Under the pieces are notes generated by a model. The model did no database searches. It had not been told where the DNA came from and worked only from the letters and a program-made list of their open reading frames with translations. The position numbers and the translations under genes are program-made. This document shows, piece by piece, positions 63,675 through 64,000 of a stretch of 64,000 nucleotides of DNA; position 1 is the first letter of the stretch, and every line of letters starts with the position of its first letter. This DNA is from Candidatus Altimarinota bacterium (GTDB lineage: Bacteria > Patescibacteriota > Gracilibacteria > UBA4473): positions 11,283 to 75,282 of the forward strand of contig JAHDHX010000001.1 in NCBI GenBank assembly GCA_020631075.1. Direction: 5' to 3'.

Positions 63675-64000
63675 AGTAAGCCCTGAAACGCGGTGGTGGG
63701 GTCGCAGTCGGGGCGGTCAAACACGATGCGGCCAGACTCTAGCCGAATGACGCGTGGGCGGAGCTGCCGAACGAGCAATGGGTCGTGGGTGGAAAAGATG
63801 GTGGTGAGGCCTTGTTGGGAATTTAGCCTGTGGAAAAGGTCGCCGACGATGCGAGAGGAGCGGGGGTCGAGGTTGCCGGTGGGTTCGTCGGCGATGAGGA
63901 TGCGGGGCTGGTGCACGAGGGCGCGGGCGATGGCGGTGCGTTGCTTTTCGCCGCCAGAGAGCGTCGGGGGAAAGGCGTCGCGCCGTGGGTAGAGGCCCGT
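63671..64000 (-). CDS. ftsE: ABC ATPase, FtsE-like (C-terminal part; 5' end outside the window)
   Basis: LSGGEKQRTAIARALVHQPRILIADEPTGNLDP, GLT.I.STHD, RVIRLE.GRI. Confidence 0.75.
   Translation of the reverse strand, partial: TGLYPRRDAFPPTLSGGEKQRTAIARALVHQPRILIADEPTGNLDPRSSRIVGDLFHRLNSQQGLTTIFSTHDPLLVRQLRPRVIRLESGRIVFDRPDCDPTTAFQGLL

Noticed and set aside
1-64000. UGA-to-Gly recoding (genetic code 25) as in Gracilibacteria/Absconditabacteria
   Set aside because: Long conserved genes are uninterrupted under code 11, and TGA ends purB, rpmC, rplN and rplF at their expected lengths.
1-64000. GGGNAGGG (KOPS-like) and G-quadruplex-like tracts on the + strand
   Set aside because: Expected by chance under such strong G skew; enrichment cannot be claimed without a Markov-background test.

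Overview
Chromosomal core region of a Patescibacteria (CPR) genome, most likely Peregrinibacteria/Gracilibacteria-class but using the standard genetic code 11. The taxonomic call is an inference from rpmD missing between rpsE and rplO, a fragmented ribosomal superoperon, Shine-Dalgarno-free start regions and several CPR-typical families (DUF4012, two VirD4/HerA-like ATPases, a baseplate-J-like membrane protein, TrmB regulators, a Cys-rich repeat protein, an archaeal-type TPI). About 70 CDS are supported. They include two ribosomal protein blocks (infA-rpsI; rplP-rplO), cell-envelope genes (murJ, O-antigen ligase, PBP1A, VanW, CtpA, SLH protein) and a metabolic set that is rich for CPR (ppdK, malic enzyme, glnA, purB, folK/folE, ribD/ribE, chorismate mutase plus a TyrA-PheA fusion). 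The + strand has extreme G>C skew regardless of gene orientation. The most notable unexplained structure is a pair of ~190-bp rod-shaped elements (32063-32253 and 60884-61072). Each has terminal inverted repeats, sits exactly between the stop codons of a convergent gene pair, and shares a conserved internal architecture with the other. Other highlights are a secreted protein with 23 in-register P-x-Φ-x-Φ-x-x heptads, structured leaders in front of both ribosomal blocks, a REP-like hairpin cluster, and a small ORF homologous to the C-terminus of the Cys-rich protein. No rRNA, tRNA or CRISPR array was recognised. All annotations are from reading motifs by eye; no searches were run.
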